Part shown: piece by piece, positions 26,327 through 39,440 of the stretch
Layout: each line of letters opens with the position of its first letter
Numbering within the stretch: position 1 is the first letter of the stretch
Source of the DNA: Eledone cirrhosa
Taxonomy: Eukaryota
NCBI GenBank assembly: GCA_964016885.1
Contig: OZ024740.1
Coordinates: forward strand, 65,720,001 to 65,784,000
Direction of reading: 5' to 3'
Length of the DNA: 64,000 nucleotides
Position numbers and translations under genes: made by a program
The notes under the pieces: generated by a model
Databases searched by the model: none
The model's input: only the letters and a program-made list of their open reading frames with translations
What the model was told of the DNA's origin: nothing

Positions 26327-29300
26327 ATGACCTCACTCAGAATAGGCAGCATAAATGCGCGTGGCTTGGGGTCGTCATGGAAGCAGGGCCACCTGCTCAA
26401 CGACCTCAGGTCACTAAACATAGATGTAGTGGCCATCAGCGAGACCAGAATCTCCGAAGCCCAGGCTTTCGCACCGATCTTCGGCGGCTACGATGTGTAC
26501 GCATCTCCCAGCCGTCCGGGATCGGGGGAAGGAGTTGCTGTGCTTTTTCGGAGAGGTTTGGATCTTGCCATACGGGCCATCTTCCTGGACCCAGAAGGTA
26601 AGTTGATGCTGCTGGACGTGACCAGCGGAGACGGGCAAGCTTTCAGGTTAGTGGCCGTCTATGCCCCGACAGGAGCAGGGCGGCCTGATTTCTTCCGGAG
26701 TCTGGAGATCTTTCTTGGAACGTCCCGCTCTTTAGTGTTAGTGGGCGACTGGAACGGGATCTTAGATGCACGCTGGGATTGTGTAGGATTAGTGGATAGG
26801 GAAGGAGGGTGCAAGAGTCTCACCAACCTGCTCAGACGTTTTGAACTGTCTGACAGGTACCGAATGGATTTCCCGTATGTACCAATGTGGACTTGGACAA
26901 ATCGCATAGGGTCATCCAGATCATATCTAGATAGAGTATTTTGTAGGGAAATAGATAGGTCTAGCATAGGCTGTCCACAATTCAAGATAGTCAGCTACAC
27001 GGACCACAAATTCGTGATCTGTGTGCTTGACTTAGATAGGCTTCATAGGCGAGGACCATGTTACTGGAAGCTAAACGCGCCCTTACCAGCGCGCAAGGCC
27101 TACAGAGACCGGATTAGCGAATTAGTTAAGCGTGCGTTGACGGGGGCCATCGTCAACAACAAGTGGTGGTTTGCTCTGAAAAGAGCAATTAGAATAGAGT
27201 CCATTAGGTTTAGTAAGACCTTAGCAATAGAGTAAAATAGAACAGAGGGAGAATTAGTTAGAAAATTAGATTAGGCGCTTAGCAAAGGCATCGCGACTGA
27301 CGTACTTGCGGCAAAATTGGCCCTTGACCAATTTTTCAATGCAAAGCACGAAGGCTTCGTTGTCAGAGCTAGGGTGCGTGATTTCAGACACGAGGGGACG
27401 AAAGCCGTTCAATGGGCCCGAGTGGCGGAGGCGCGTCGTGGCAACAAAGCCACGATCTGGTCTTTGGTGGACCACGACGGGCGCATGCTACTCGATCCCG
27501 GGCAAATGTGTGAAGCTTTTCAGCGACACTTCGCTCAACTGTTCGGGGGCAGTGGCGGGCCGGATCGAGGGATGGACTTTAGTGTCTACCTCGACGGACT
27601 GCCGCGGCTTTCGGCCACTGAGGCGGAGTGTTGCGAAAAGCCGATAACAACCGCTGAACTAGTTGCACAAGGGGTAAATCGCCTGGTTTGGATGGTCTGC
27701 CCTATGAACTTTACGTACAAATGCCAAACTTGTTCGGAAGCCTCTTGGCGGACGTCTACTGCAACTGGCAACAGAACGGGAGAATTCCCAGCTCTGTGAG
27801 CCGAGGAGCGGTGGCGCTGCTGAGAAAGGATCCGAACAAGAGGGATAACATAGATAATTTTAGGCCCATAACTCTGCTAAACACAGAGTTCAAGATTTTG
27901 GCCAAGGTGCTAGCAAAGAGGTTGGCGCTTGTCGTTGGTGGTCTGGTGGGAGAGGCACAGACATGCGCCATTCCCGACAGATCCATCCACGACAACCTCC
28001 ACCTCATGCGATACATCGTAGGGAGGGTAGTTAGGGAACCTGGCACGGGTGGGTCTTTGATCAATTTAGATCAGTCAAAAGACTTCGATAGGGTCGACCA
28101 TCGTTACCTAGCGGCAGTCCTGAGGGCGGCTGGCTTTGGGCCCGTCTTCAGAGGCTGGATCGCTGCCATGCACAGCGACATCTGCTCTGTAGTGAGAGTG
28201 AACAGTCACCTTTCGGAACCGTTCAACATCATGCGCTCAGTCCGCCAAGGATGTCCCCTCTCGTCCCTATTGTACGTATTGACTCTCGAGCCATTACTGC
28301 ACAAACTGAAGACGTTGAGTGGGGCTCCGCGCGAACTAGGATGCGGAAGATCCGTGTCAGCATATGCCGACGATGTCAACGTAGTGGTGTCGAACGCCAA
28401 ACACATCGCGGCGATCGGCACTACACTAAGAGAATACGAAGAGGTGACAGGAGCAATGATCGACCTGGAAACGTCAGTGGGCCTGCAGCTCGGCACCTGG
28501 AGAGGCAGGTCCATGCCGTCCAACAGCGTCGTCGGACGCTGGACGGACGGACCGGTTAAATTGCTATTGGTCTGGTTCGGTCCAGACCTCCAGACGGACA
28601 GAAACTGGGACGACTTAACGAGCAGGGTGGCTTCTCTCACCCAGAAATGGGCCGAGAGGAAGCTATCCCTGAAAGGTCGAGCGGAGGTGGCTAACGCGTA
28701 CATCGCGTCCGTCATCTACTACCGCCTGACCGTCGTACCTTGCCCTAAGCCCCGCCTGACTGCGCTGGAGCGTTTGCTCTTTCGCTTCTTGTGTTAGGGA
28801 CGCGCTCCGGTGGTCAGGCGGTCCATCTGCTGTCAACACCCGCTACGTGGAGGGCTGGGCAAGCCGTGGCTGATGATGCGCAGACACGCGCTCAGGCTAC
28901 GACATCTCCACCTCTTCCTCGACGGTGATCAGTGGTGGTCGCCGTTTGCTAGACACGTTTTTCCCCAGCACGTCTCCTTGACGGAGCTGCAGTCCTGGGT
29001 CAAGCGAAGTCCGAGAGGGAGCTCTTGGAGACTGGAATGTCTTCAGGCGCTCACAGCCCTCGACCAATCGGGCAATGTGATCGGTGGAAACTCCACCTTG
29101 GCGTTCTATAGGGGATTAGTGGAGGGGAAGAGCGACGACGTACTTGGAGAAAATCTAGGCGTCGACGAAAATCAACTAGCCAATCTCTTCGGAAGAACTT
29201 TCGGGCCGGGGCCTATGGACAACTTCCAGAAATCCCTGGCCTGGCAGTGCTACCGAGGAGCTTTGCCAGTTCGGGATAAACTCTACAGGCATGGAGGTGC

Positions 29301-29730
29301 CGTCAGCCGGGCATGTCCGAGATGCGCGCAGGGCGACGAAACCGTCCTGCACGCACTCGTCCAGTGTCCGAGCATTGCTGACTTGTGGGTTTATGTCGAA
29401 CACCTGCTGTCACGTGTAGGACGGATCCAGCTATTAGCTGAGTCCATCGTGAGGATTGCCCCTCCCCCCTCCTTTAGCCGGGAAGGGCAGGCAGTTTTTA
29501 TCTGTCTGGTGGCCATGGCGAAAGAGATAGTATGGTGGACACGTTTGAAAGGGCTGAAGACGAGCACTTATCTCTTCGGTGATGCCCTGATTAACTTTTT
29601 CAAATTTCATTTGAAAAGGAAAATAAGGGTAGAGAGGGAAGTGCTCTCTTCCCAGCATTTTGTTGAAAGATGGGTGAGAGAAGCAAGTATGGCCCGAATG
29701 AATGGGCCTTCCCTGAGTATGTGTCTGTAA
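26327..29730 (+). pseudogene. Tx1 ORF2 (APE, RT, C-terminal CCHC), with stops and frameshifts
   Basis: SINARGL, ISETR, AVYAP, VGDWN, YLDRV, TDHK, WKLN; NFRPITLLN, SVRQGCPLS, AYADD; CPRCAQGDETVLHALVQC. Confidence 0.93.
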
Positions 29731-29973
29731 ATTAAAGGTGGAAAACTGGGAGAGGGCACTTGCCCTGGTGGTCAGGGCCACTGTGGTCTTTTAATGGGCT
29801 TTCTCCACAAATGTCCCTCGGAAGTCTCCCCCCTATTGGGGAATTTTTCATTGTTATTTTATTTCAACCTCCGTTTTTTTTACACGCAGAAATGCCCATT
29901 TGTACCGTCCTGTATTGTCCTGTACTGTCCTTAATGTCTACTTTATGTAAACCCTTGTGGTTAATAAAGAAAA

Positions 29974-30031
<58 letters not shown>

Positions 30032-30032
30032 G

Positions 30033-31697
30033 AGGGGCGTCCCGCGCTAACTAGGATGCGGAAGATCCGTGTCAGCATATGCGGACGATGTCACCGTAGT
30101 GGTGTTGAACGCCAAACACATCGAGGCGATCGGCACTACACTAAGAGAATACGAAGCGGTGACAGGAGCAATGATCAACCAGGAAAAGTCAGTGGGGCTG
30201 CAGCTCGGCACCTGGAGAGGCATGACCATGCCGTCCAATAGCGTCGTCGGACGCTGGACGGACGGACCGGTTAAATTGCTAGCTGTCTGGTTCGGTCCGG
30301 ACCTCCAGACGGACAAAAACTGGGACGAAGTGACGAGCAGGGTGGCTTCTCTCACCCAGAAATGGGCGGAGAGGAAGCTATCCCTGAAAGGTCGAGCGGA
30401 GGTGGCTAACGCGTACATCGCGTCTGTCATCGGCTACCGCCTGACCGTCGTACCTTGTCCTAAGCCTCGCCTGACTGCGCTGGAGCGTTTGCTCTTTCGC
30501 TTTTTGTGAAAGGGACGCGCTCCGATGGTCAGGCGGTCCATCTGTTGTGAACACCCGCTACGGGGAGGGCTGGGCATGCCGTGGCTGATGATGCGCAGGC
30601 ACGCGCTCAGGCTACGACATCTCCACCTCTTACCCGACGGTGATCAGGTGTGGTCGCCGTTTGCTAGACACGTATTTCCCCAGCTCGTTTCCTTGACGGA
30701 GCTGCAGTCCTGGGTCAAGCGAAGACCGAGAGGGAGCGCCTGGAGACTGGAATGTCTTCAGGCGCTCACAGCCCTCGACCAATCGGGCAATGTGATCGGT
30801 GGAAACCCCACCTTGGCGTTCTATAGAGGATTAGTGGAGGGGAAGAGCGACGACGTACTTGGAGAAATTCTAGGCGTCGACGGGAATCAACTAGCCAATC
30901 TCTTCGGAAGGACTTTCGGGCCGGGGCCTATGGACAACTTCCAGAAATCCCTGGACTGGCAGTGCTACCGAGGAGCTTTGTCAGTTCGGGATAAACTCTA
31001 CAGGCATGGAGGTGCCGCCAGCCGGGCATGTCCGAGTTACGCGCAGGGCGACAAAATCGTCCTCCAGGCATTCGTCCAGTGTCCGAGCATTGCTGACTTG
31101 TGGGTTTATGTCGAACACCTGCTGTCGCGTGTAGGACGGATCCAGCTATTAGCTGAGTCCATCGTGAAGATTTCCCCGCCCTCTTCCTTTAGCCGGGAAG
31201 GGAGGGCAGTTTTTATCTATCTGGTGGCATATAGCTAAAGAGATAGTATGGTGGTCACGTTTGAAAGTGCTGAAGACGAGCACATACCTCTTCAGTGATG
31301 CACTGATTAAATTTTTCTATTTTTTTTAATTAGAAAAGGAAAATCAGGGTAGAGAGGGAAGTGCTCTCTTCCCAGCATTTTGTTGAAATATGGGTGAGAG
31401 AAGCAAGTATGACCCGAGTGAATGGGCCTACTCTGAGTATATGTCTGCAAATTAAGCTGGAAAATTGGGAGAGGGCACTTGCCCTGGTGGTTAGGGTCAC
31501 TGTGACATTTTAATGGGCTTTTACCACAAATGTACCTCGGAAGTCTCACCCCTATTGGGGAATTTTTCATTGTTATTTTTATTACATCATCTTTTTTTTT
31601 TTTACACGCAGAAATGCCCATTTGTACCATCCTGTATTGTCCTGTACTGTCCTTAATGTCTACTTTATATAAACCCTTGTGGTTAATAAAGAAAGCA
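30033..31697 (+). mobile_element. 5'-truncated second copy of Tx1 family A
   Basis: Closely matches 28317-29974; bounded by (TTA)n at 29974-30032 and TTATCATTATTATTATTA. Confidence 0.93.
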
Positions 31698-31944
31698 TTA
31701 TCATTATTATTATTAAATGGCCGCACATGCGTGAAGACAGACAAGTCTGCGGGGGGAAAGGTTCGTAGCTTTAAGCTGTTTTAAAGTGTCTTTTTTTCGT
31801 ATTTTCTTGTCATTAACGAAACTTAAGGTACACATCTTGATTTAAAGAGAGGGATACCTCTCAATATTCGGGCTTTAAGCCCGAATATTCAGATTAACTT
31901 TTTAAAAACTTCGAAAAAAATCGCTTCCCCACCAAAAGAAAATT

Positions 31945-33887
31945 ATGGAAATTTTTGACCTTGAAACGGTAAACAACGTTCAGGTCAAAATTTAAAGGCA
32001 GCCACTGCAGATTTCACCACGACTACGACGGCTACAGTCATGCCTGTCATCCACTCTACTGAATGTGAAGGCAAAACTAAATAGCTACCATCACAACCTT
32101 CTGCCATAGCAGCAGTATCATCTGAAAACGACATCACCACCACCGCCACCACCACCACCACCACAACAACTCAGAGCAATAACGACAATAACACCGACAG
32201 CTTCAATGTAAACAAGGATGGCGGTGGCAACAGCAAGAATGACAACAACAACAATAAGAGCATCAGAAACACCACATTTGCTGCAGCAGCAGCAAAAACA
32301 AATCGCTTATTGAATATTGGTATTGATATTAGCGATAAAGACGAACAGTTGGCCAAAGCGTGGAGGCTAATTAAACGGGAGAAGTCCTGGGCAAACCTGA
32401 CCATCCCGGACGAGGCAATAGCGGCCATGCAAAGGAGGACGGTGCTCTTTCGATGTATTTCGGTGCAGACACGAAAAGTGGAACTTGCGAGCCAATCAGA
32501 GGAAGAGGCTGCTTTGGAGTACATCGGAAGTAACATAGAGTACAAAGCAAGAGGCAAACAGTTCGGTACCATCTCAGTACTGTTCAAAACCGAGGCCCTC
32601 GCTATTAAGCACTCGGTGACCCCCTGCAGAACGGAATGCATTATCATGCATCCGTCCTATATGGGTAAAAGGACAGTGAAGGTACGCATTCCCAGCATCC
32701 CACCAGGAATGAACATATGATGGCTGCTGGGATGCGTAATCGAGGAGGGGACAGACACCACCCTCCTGGACATCAAAAGGACAGAGCGAGAGAGGACTGG
32801 TCCGGAATGGATTTGGAGATTCTCCTCCAAATGAAACCGGAGGATATGAATAACATCCCAGATTTTGCCCGCCTGCAGGACGGGACAACAATCCAACTAA
32901 TGATTGACGGAAGAAGGCCACGCTGCTTCGTTTGCGGGGAAGCAACGCATCTTCAAGCCTTCTACCCTCAGCGCAAAAATGCAGGGGGTCGCAAACCTCC
33001 TTTGTTGCCAACGCCAGTGTCAGCACGGAAAGCTGCACCACCACCACCACCAAAAACAACATCAACAAAAACACGGACACCAACACCAAAACCAATCCAA
33101 GGGGAAAACGAGGAAATCTCCCACTCCCCCTACCCCCCCCCCCCCCCCAATTATACACATAGACAAAAAAAAAATAAACGCACACACAGACACAGAGACA
33201 CTCACAGACACAGACACTTCCAGCAGCGAAGATGAAAGAAAACACAAAAGTGCAAAAAAAAACAGAGAAAACTCACAAAAAAAAGCCCCAACAAAACACA
33301 AAAACACACACAACAACAAATACAGACACCACTAACGCAAACACTTCCCCAATAACATCAGCACCAACAGCAACATCGACACCACATTCACAATCCCCGA
33401 AACGCAAACAACCTAAACAAATACAAGTACAAATAAACACACAAATACCTGAAATTGCAGACACCACACCTACAACAAACATAGACATACCCGAAACAAC
33501 ACCACCAAAACCATCGCCACCACCTTCACCAAAACGAAAACAAATAAAACCACACCAACAAAATGTTAAAAACTTCGTGCTTGTCAGAAGGCCAACGATA
33601 AACTGATGGCCCTCTTAGCGCGAAGCGAGGACATTCAAACAGAGGGGGAGATTTTTGAAATGAGCACATTTAGCGTGCCAGAAGATTTGCTTCTGGTCCG
33701 AATGTCACTCAATTCCTTCAAAGAAATTCGAGAGAGCTTTCCTCAAGACATGGGAAACCCGAATGTCAAACCCACATCAAGACTTTTAAAGGGGTTCCCA
33801 AAAGAAACCCCACCAACCATGGAGGTCGAACCACGCGACCTTCACAAGACCCGGGAGGTAAGTAAACCTTCCCTCTCTCTCTCTTAG
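31945..33887 (+). pseudogene. Tx1 family B ORF1, disrupted
   Basis: PSYMGKRTVKVRIPSIPP and IDGRRPRCFVCGEATHLQAFYP (last Cys changed to Tyr); homologous to family A ORF1. Confidence 0.82.
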
Positions 33888-33896
33888 CTTTCCAAT

Positions 33897-36800
33897 ATGG
33901 CCATATTAAGAGTAGGATGTTTAAATGTTCGCAGCCTGGAGTCACCCTGGAAGCAGGGTCGCCTGCTCAACGCCCTTCGGTCGCTGGAAATGGATGTGAT
34001 TGCCGTAAGCGAGACCAGAATTTCCGACACGCGCGCACTAGCCCCCATTTTCGACGACTATCAGATCTTCGCGTCTGTTAGCAGGCCGGGAAGGGGGGGG
34101 GGGGGGCAGTGCTATTTAGGAAAGGATTGGATCTCGAGGTAAGGTCGATCTTCCAGGACCCGGACGGTAAGTTGGTGGTCTTGGATGTGAGCAGTAGCGA
34201 AGGTGGTGCCTTTAGACTGCTGGCCGTCTACGCCCCTACAGGGGCCGGACGACCTGACTTTTTTAGGCTCCTGGAGACATTTCTGGGTACGTCTAGCCCT
34301 TTACTGTTAGCGGGGGACTGGAATGGCATCTTAGACGCACGCTGGGATTGTGTGGGAGTAGCCGATAGGAGCGGGGGGTGCAAAAGCCTCAAGCACCTAC
34401 TCAGCCAGTTCCAACTGTCTGACAGGTATCGACTAGATTTCCCCAATGTGCCAGTATGGACATGGACCAACCGAATGGGGTCATTTAGATCGTATATAGA
34501 CAGAATCTTCATTAGGAAAATAGATAGAAATAGTGTGGGCTGTCCACTTTTTAAAACGGTCGCCTATTCAGATCACACATTTTTGATCTGTACGGTCGAC
34601 CTAAATAAAACGCGTAGGTTAGGACCGGGTTACTGGAAGCTGAACATGTAATTTCCGGCACGTAGGGCTTACAGGGACCCAGTCAACAAGTTAGTTAAGC
34701 AAAAATTGACAGGGGGGAACATCAACAACAGATGGTGGGGGGCTCTCAAAAGAGAGGTTAGAGTAACTTCGATAGAGTTCAGCAAAGAACTAGCGTTAGA
34801 GAAAAATAGAAAGGAGGGGGAGCTGGTAGATATGTTAGACGAGGCTATTTGTAATGGCATCGCAACTGACGTGCTAGCGGCGAGAATGGCATTAGACCAT
34901 TTCTTCAATACCAAACACGAAGGTTGCATTGTCAGAGCTAAGGCGCGTGCGCTGAGAAACGAGGGAACTAAAGCTGTTCGATGGGCCCGTGTGGCGGAGG
35001 CGCAGCGTGGTAATAAAACCACAATTCGGTCTTTGGCGGACCGAGACGGACACGAGATAAGCGATTCCAAGCGGATGTGTGAGGCCTTTCGCCAGCACTT
35101 TGCTCGGTTGTTCAGGGAGAGTGGCGAGTCAGAGAGAGTAGCGGATTTCAGTCCCTACCTTGACGGCTTGCCGCGCATCTCGACGGTCAACGCTGAGCGC
35201 TGCGAAAGGCCGATTACTTCAGCCGAAATTCAGGACGCCCTTGTCGGCTGCATGAGGCGCAAGTCACCCGGTTTGGATGGCCTGCCCTACGAGCTTTACG
35301 TAAATATGCCAGACTTGTTCTCCGAACTCCTCGAAGCACTCTACTACAACTGGCAGCAGAATGGGAGTATTCCCAGTTCTGTGAGCAGGGGAGTGGTGAC
35401 GCTGATATGGAAAGACGAGAACAAGAGGGATACATTAGACAACTTCAGGCCCATAACTCTGCTCAACACAGAGTTTAAGATTTTGGCGAAGGTGTTAGCA
35501 AAGATATTGGTGCTTGTCGTCGAGGATTTGGTTGGGGAGGCGCAAACTTGCGTAATCCCAGCCAGGTCCATACACGACAATCTCCACCTCATGCGATATA
35601 TCATAATGAGGGTAGGGTGTAAACCTGGCTTCGGTGGGGAACTGATCAATATAGATCAATCGAAACATTCGATAGGGTCGACCATCGGTATCTGGAGTTT
35701 GTCCTGAAAGCAGCTGGCTTCGGCCCTGTCTTTAGAAGCTGGATCGTTGCAATGCACAGCGGAACACGCTCGGTGGTCAAGGTTAATGGCCACCTCTCGG
35801 AACCATTTCGGCTCTCCCGATCGGTCCGTCAATGGTGCCCTCTCTCTTCCCTTCTGTACGTATTGACTCTCGAGCCTTTACTGCGGAAGCTGGAGCTGTT
35901 GCAGGGCATCCCGCTCGAACCGGGACGTGGAAAGGCGGTGTCGGCTTATGCGGACGACATCACCGTGATGGTGTCGAACACCTCAGAAATCGAGGTGGTC
36001 GGCATCTTATTGAAGGAATATGAAAGGTTGACAGGAGCCAAACTTAACCCGGAAAAGTCGGTGGGCTTGCATCTCGGAACCTGGAGAGGCAAGCCCATGC
36101 CGTCCAACAGCGTCGTGGGGCGCTGGACGGACGGACCGGTAAAGTTGCTCGGGGTTTGGTTCGGACCAGACCTCCAGGTGGAAAAGAATTGGGACGAGGT
36201 AACGAGCAGAGTAGCCAGTCTCACCCAAAAATGGGCTGGGAGGAAGCTATCACTGAAAAGTCGCGCGGAGGTGGCGAATGCGTACATCGCGTCCGTCATC
36301 TACTACCGCCTAAGCGTCGTGCCTTGCCCCCGTCCGCGCCTCGTCAAGTTGGAACGGCTCCTCTTCAAATTCTTGTGGAGGGGCAAGTTCCGTTCGTGAG
36401 GTGGTCCATCTGCTGCCAGCACCCTCTACGCGGAGGGCTGGGCATGCCGTGGCTAATGATGCGCATACATGCGTTGAGGCTGCGACATCTCCAGATATTC
36501 TGCCTCAATGGTGAAAAGGTGTGGTCGCCGTTTATCAGACGGGCCTTTCCGCAGCTCATTTATTTGACTGAGCTTCAGTCCTGGGTTAAGAAGAGACCGA
36601 GACTGGGTGACTGGCACCTGGAATGTTGCCAGGCACTCACTGCCCTCTACCAAGCGGGCAATGCGATCAGTGGAACTTCCACTCTCGAGTTCTATAGAGG
36701 ATTAGTGGTGGGCAAGTGCGATGACGCACTCGGAGATGCTTTGGGACTCGACGAAGTCGAACTGACCAGTCTGTACCGGAGGACTTTTGAGCCGGGGACG

Positions 36801-37272
36801 ATGGACAATTTCCAGAAATCCCTCGCTTGGCAGTGCTACCGGGGGGCACTGCCGGTTCGGGATAAACTCTACAGGCACGGAAGTGCTGTCAGACGGACCT
36901 GCCCAATGTCCGTGCATTACTGACTTGTGGAGTTATGTCGAACAGCTACTGTCGCGTGTGGAACGAATCCGGCTATCGGCCGAGTCCATAGTGAAGATCG
37001 AGCCGCAACCTTCCTTAGGTCAGGAAGAGCAGGACATTTTCCTCTGTCTGGTGGCAGTTGCGAAAGAGATTGTATGGTAGACCAGGTTGAAAGGACTAAA
37101 GACAGACACTTTTCTCTTCGGCCAATCCCTCATCAACTTCTTCAAGTTTCACCTGGAAAGGAGGGTGAGGGTGGAGAGAGAAGTGCTGCCCCCACCAGTA
37201 CATTTACTAAGGTGGGTGAATGTGGCGAGAATGGCTCGTGTGAATGGGCCTACTCTGACCATGCGCCTATAG
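33897..37272 (+). pseudogene. Tx1 family B ORF2, disrupted
   Basis: CLNVRSL, VSETR, AGDWN, SDH, WKLN, SPGLDGLPYE, NFRPITLLN, AYADD. Confidence 0.92.
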
Positions 37273-37547
37273 GCTGGCTAACTTGAAGAGAGGGGTGCTC
37301 TCCTGGGTGCCCTAGAAGCGCAGGGTGGTTCAGGATTGGTAGGGTACCCGAATCACCCAGAGTCGTCAACCCCCTATCGGGGAATTTATTTTGTTATATT
37401 TATGCATAGTTTATTTTATATTTTTATATTTTCATTGTTAAATTAGTCTTGCCATTGTGCACTTTTACTCGACCTTATTGTAAACCCCCAATGTCCTTGT
37501 CTTTGTATTGTCCCCTACATGTCGGCCCTTGTGGCTACTAAATGAAA

Positions 37548-37585
<38 letters not shown>

Positions 37586-37632
37586 AAATAAATGAAATCA
37601 TTATTATTATTATTATTATTATTATCATTATT

Positions 37633-37970
37633 AAGGGCGGTGGATTGGCGGTGGATTGGTGGTGGATTGGCAGTATCGGTAGAGGGTCGGACGCCATACT
37701 TTCCAGCATAGTTACGTCCCTTTACGATCTGAGTTCAAATCCCGCCGTGGTTGACTTTGCCTTTCATCCTTACGGGGTCGATAACATAAAGTACCAGTAA
37801 TGCATTGGTAATTGCTGGCCTTGTGCCTAAAGTAGAAACAATTGCCATTCTGAGTTCAAATCCAGCCGATGTTAACTTTGCCTTTCATCATTACGGGTCG
37901 ATAAAATAAAGTACCACTAATGAACTGGGTGATTGCTGGCATTGTGCCAAAAGTAGAAACAATTATTATT
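37633..37970 (+). mobile_element. Two tandem SINE copies (one full, one 5'-truncated)
   Basis: 37633-37848 has a stuttered 5' end (GGYGGTGGATT)x3; 37849-37970 starts at the B box. Confidence 0.88.
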
Positions 37971-39440
37971 CTTTGAGTCTCAGTTATTGATGCTATTTAA
38001 CTGGAAAGTTTGTTGAAATGAATATCAAGCCACTAATTGCAGCCTCAGATATTCAGGACGTATCGGAGGTTTTTTACTGTTCCCAGCAAGCATGCTTTTT
38101 GAAGTGTTCCAAAAAGCAGGGCTGGACTAATTTTCTTTAACCATCCTTGGAATCTCCTTGAGATAGTATCTAGTGCGCCTATGACAATCGGGACGACTTT
38201 GACTTCATGGCAGTTCCAAATCCTTTTTAGCTCCCACTTTAAGTCCTGGTATAGGTTAATTTTCTCCCTCTCCTCTTCTTGCACTCTCGTGCCAAATGGA
38301 CAGGCTACATCTACAATTAGGCATGATCTTTTTTCCTTGTCCAAAACCACCAGGTCAGGCCTATTGTGTTCCAGTTTCTTGTCCGTCTGTGTCCTAAAAT
38401 CTCATAGCACCTTCACCTGATCGTTTTCTATCACCGACTCTGGCTTAGTCTCATACCACTTCTCACAATGTGGTAAATTGTTTACTTTGCCTAGGTGCCA
38501 GTGGATCACCCTACCAATCACATCATTTCTCCAGCCTTTATAGTGAGTCTGGGCTAGAAGTTTACACTCGGATACAATGTGAGCCACAGTCTCCTCTCTC
38601 TCCGCAGAGATCCTACACAGTGGACTAGCCTCCTCCTTGTAAATATGGTGTTTCACCCACTTCGTTCTGAGGGCCTGCTCTTGCGCAACCATCAGTATTC
38701 CTTCTGTAGCCTTTTTAAGGTCTCTTTTTAACCAGTTCCATATTTGTGGATCTCTAAATTCCGTTTTCGTGAAGAAGGTGCTATGAAGGGATTTTGGTTG
38801 AAGATTACTCTTCCACCTTGTCGTTATTTTCTCCTTGGACATCCCCTGGTCTATTGTCCTCTCTTTCAGTACAATTCTGAGCATTGGCTCCCTACTGTCA
38901 GTCACGTATTTGTGTAGGTAGTTTTTCTCCACCTGAACACAGTCCTCTATGCTGATAAGACCTCTTCCACCTTCAGATCTCTTTAAATAGAATCTATCGA
39001 CCTCACTACTCTTGTGGAGCATGTTGTAGATAGTCAATAGCTTCCTAGTCTTCCTAAACCATTTCTTTTTGGTCAGCAACATTCCATTTCAGAATTCCCG
39101 CACTGTATTTAATAATAGACACAGCTCGAGGATTCACTGCACTTATGACATTCCGATTATTTAGATGTGATTTTAATACGCTCCTTACTCTTCTAATCTA
39201 CTCAGATCTTAACAATTCCTTCATTTTTTGTTATTGATGTCATCTGCCTCCAGAACACCTAAATATGTGTATTCTTCTTCAGTGTCAATTGCCTTTATCA
39301 TCTCACCTGTTGGTACCTGGATACTGTTGCTTCTGCTCAATTTACCCCTCTTCATCACAAGGACTCCACACTTATTAATACCAAATTGCATACATATATC
39401 ATTGCTGAAAATACGGACAGTGTCAACAAGTACATCCAAA
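37971..39440 (-). mobile_element. R4/Dong-type restriction-like-endonuclease LINE, 3' fragment
   Basis: DTVRIFS..MQFGINKC, YTYLGVLE, GGRGLISIED, AQEQALRT, CR...ETVAHIVSEC, RPDLVV..IVDVACP, VVPIVIGAL, LQKACLLGT. The 3' end joins AATAATAAT. Confidence 0.9.

Larger units (their letters stand above)
24090..29974 (+). mobile_element. Full-length L1/Tx1-clade LINE, family A
   Basis: 5' UTR, ORF1, ORF2 and a 3' UTR ending TTAATAAAGAAAAC; (TTA)n on both sides. Confidence 0.93.
31718..37549 (+). mobile_element. Full-length L1/Tx1-clade LINE, family B
   Basis: Diverged paralogue of family A with a different UTR and ORF1; ends TAAATGAAATC followed by (ATT)n. Confidence 0.92.
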
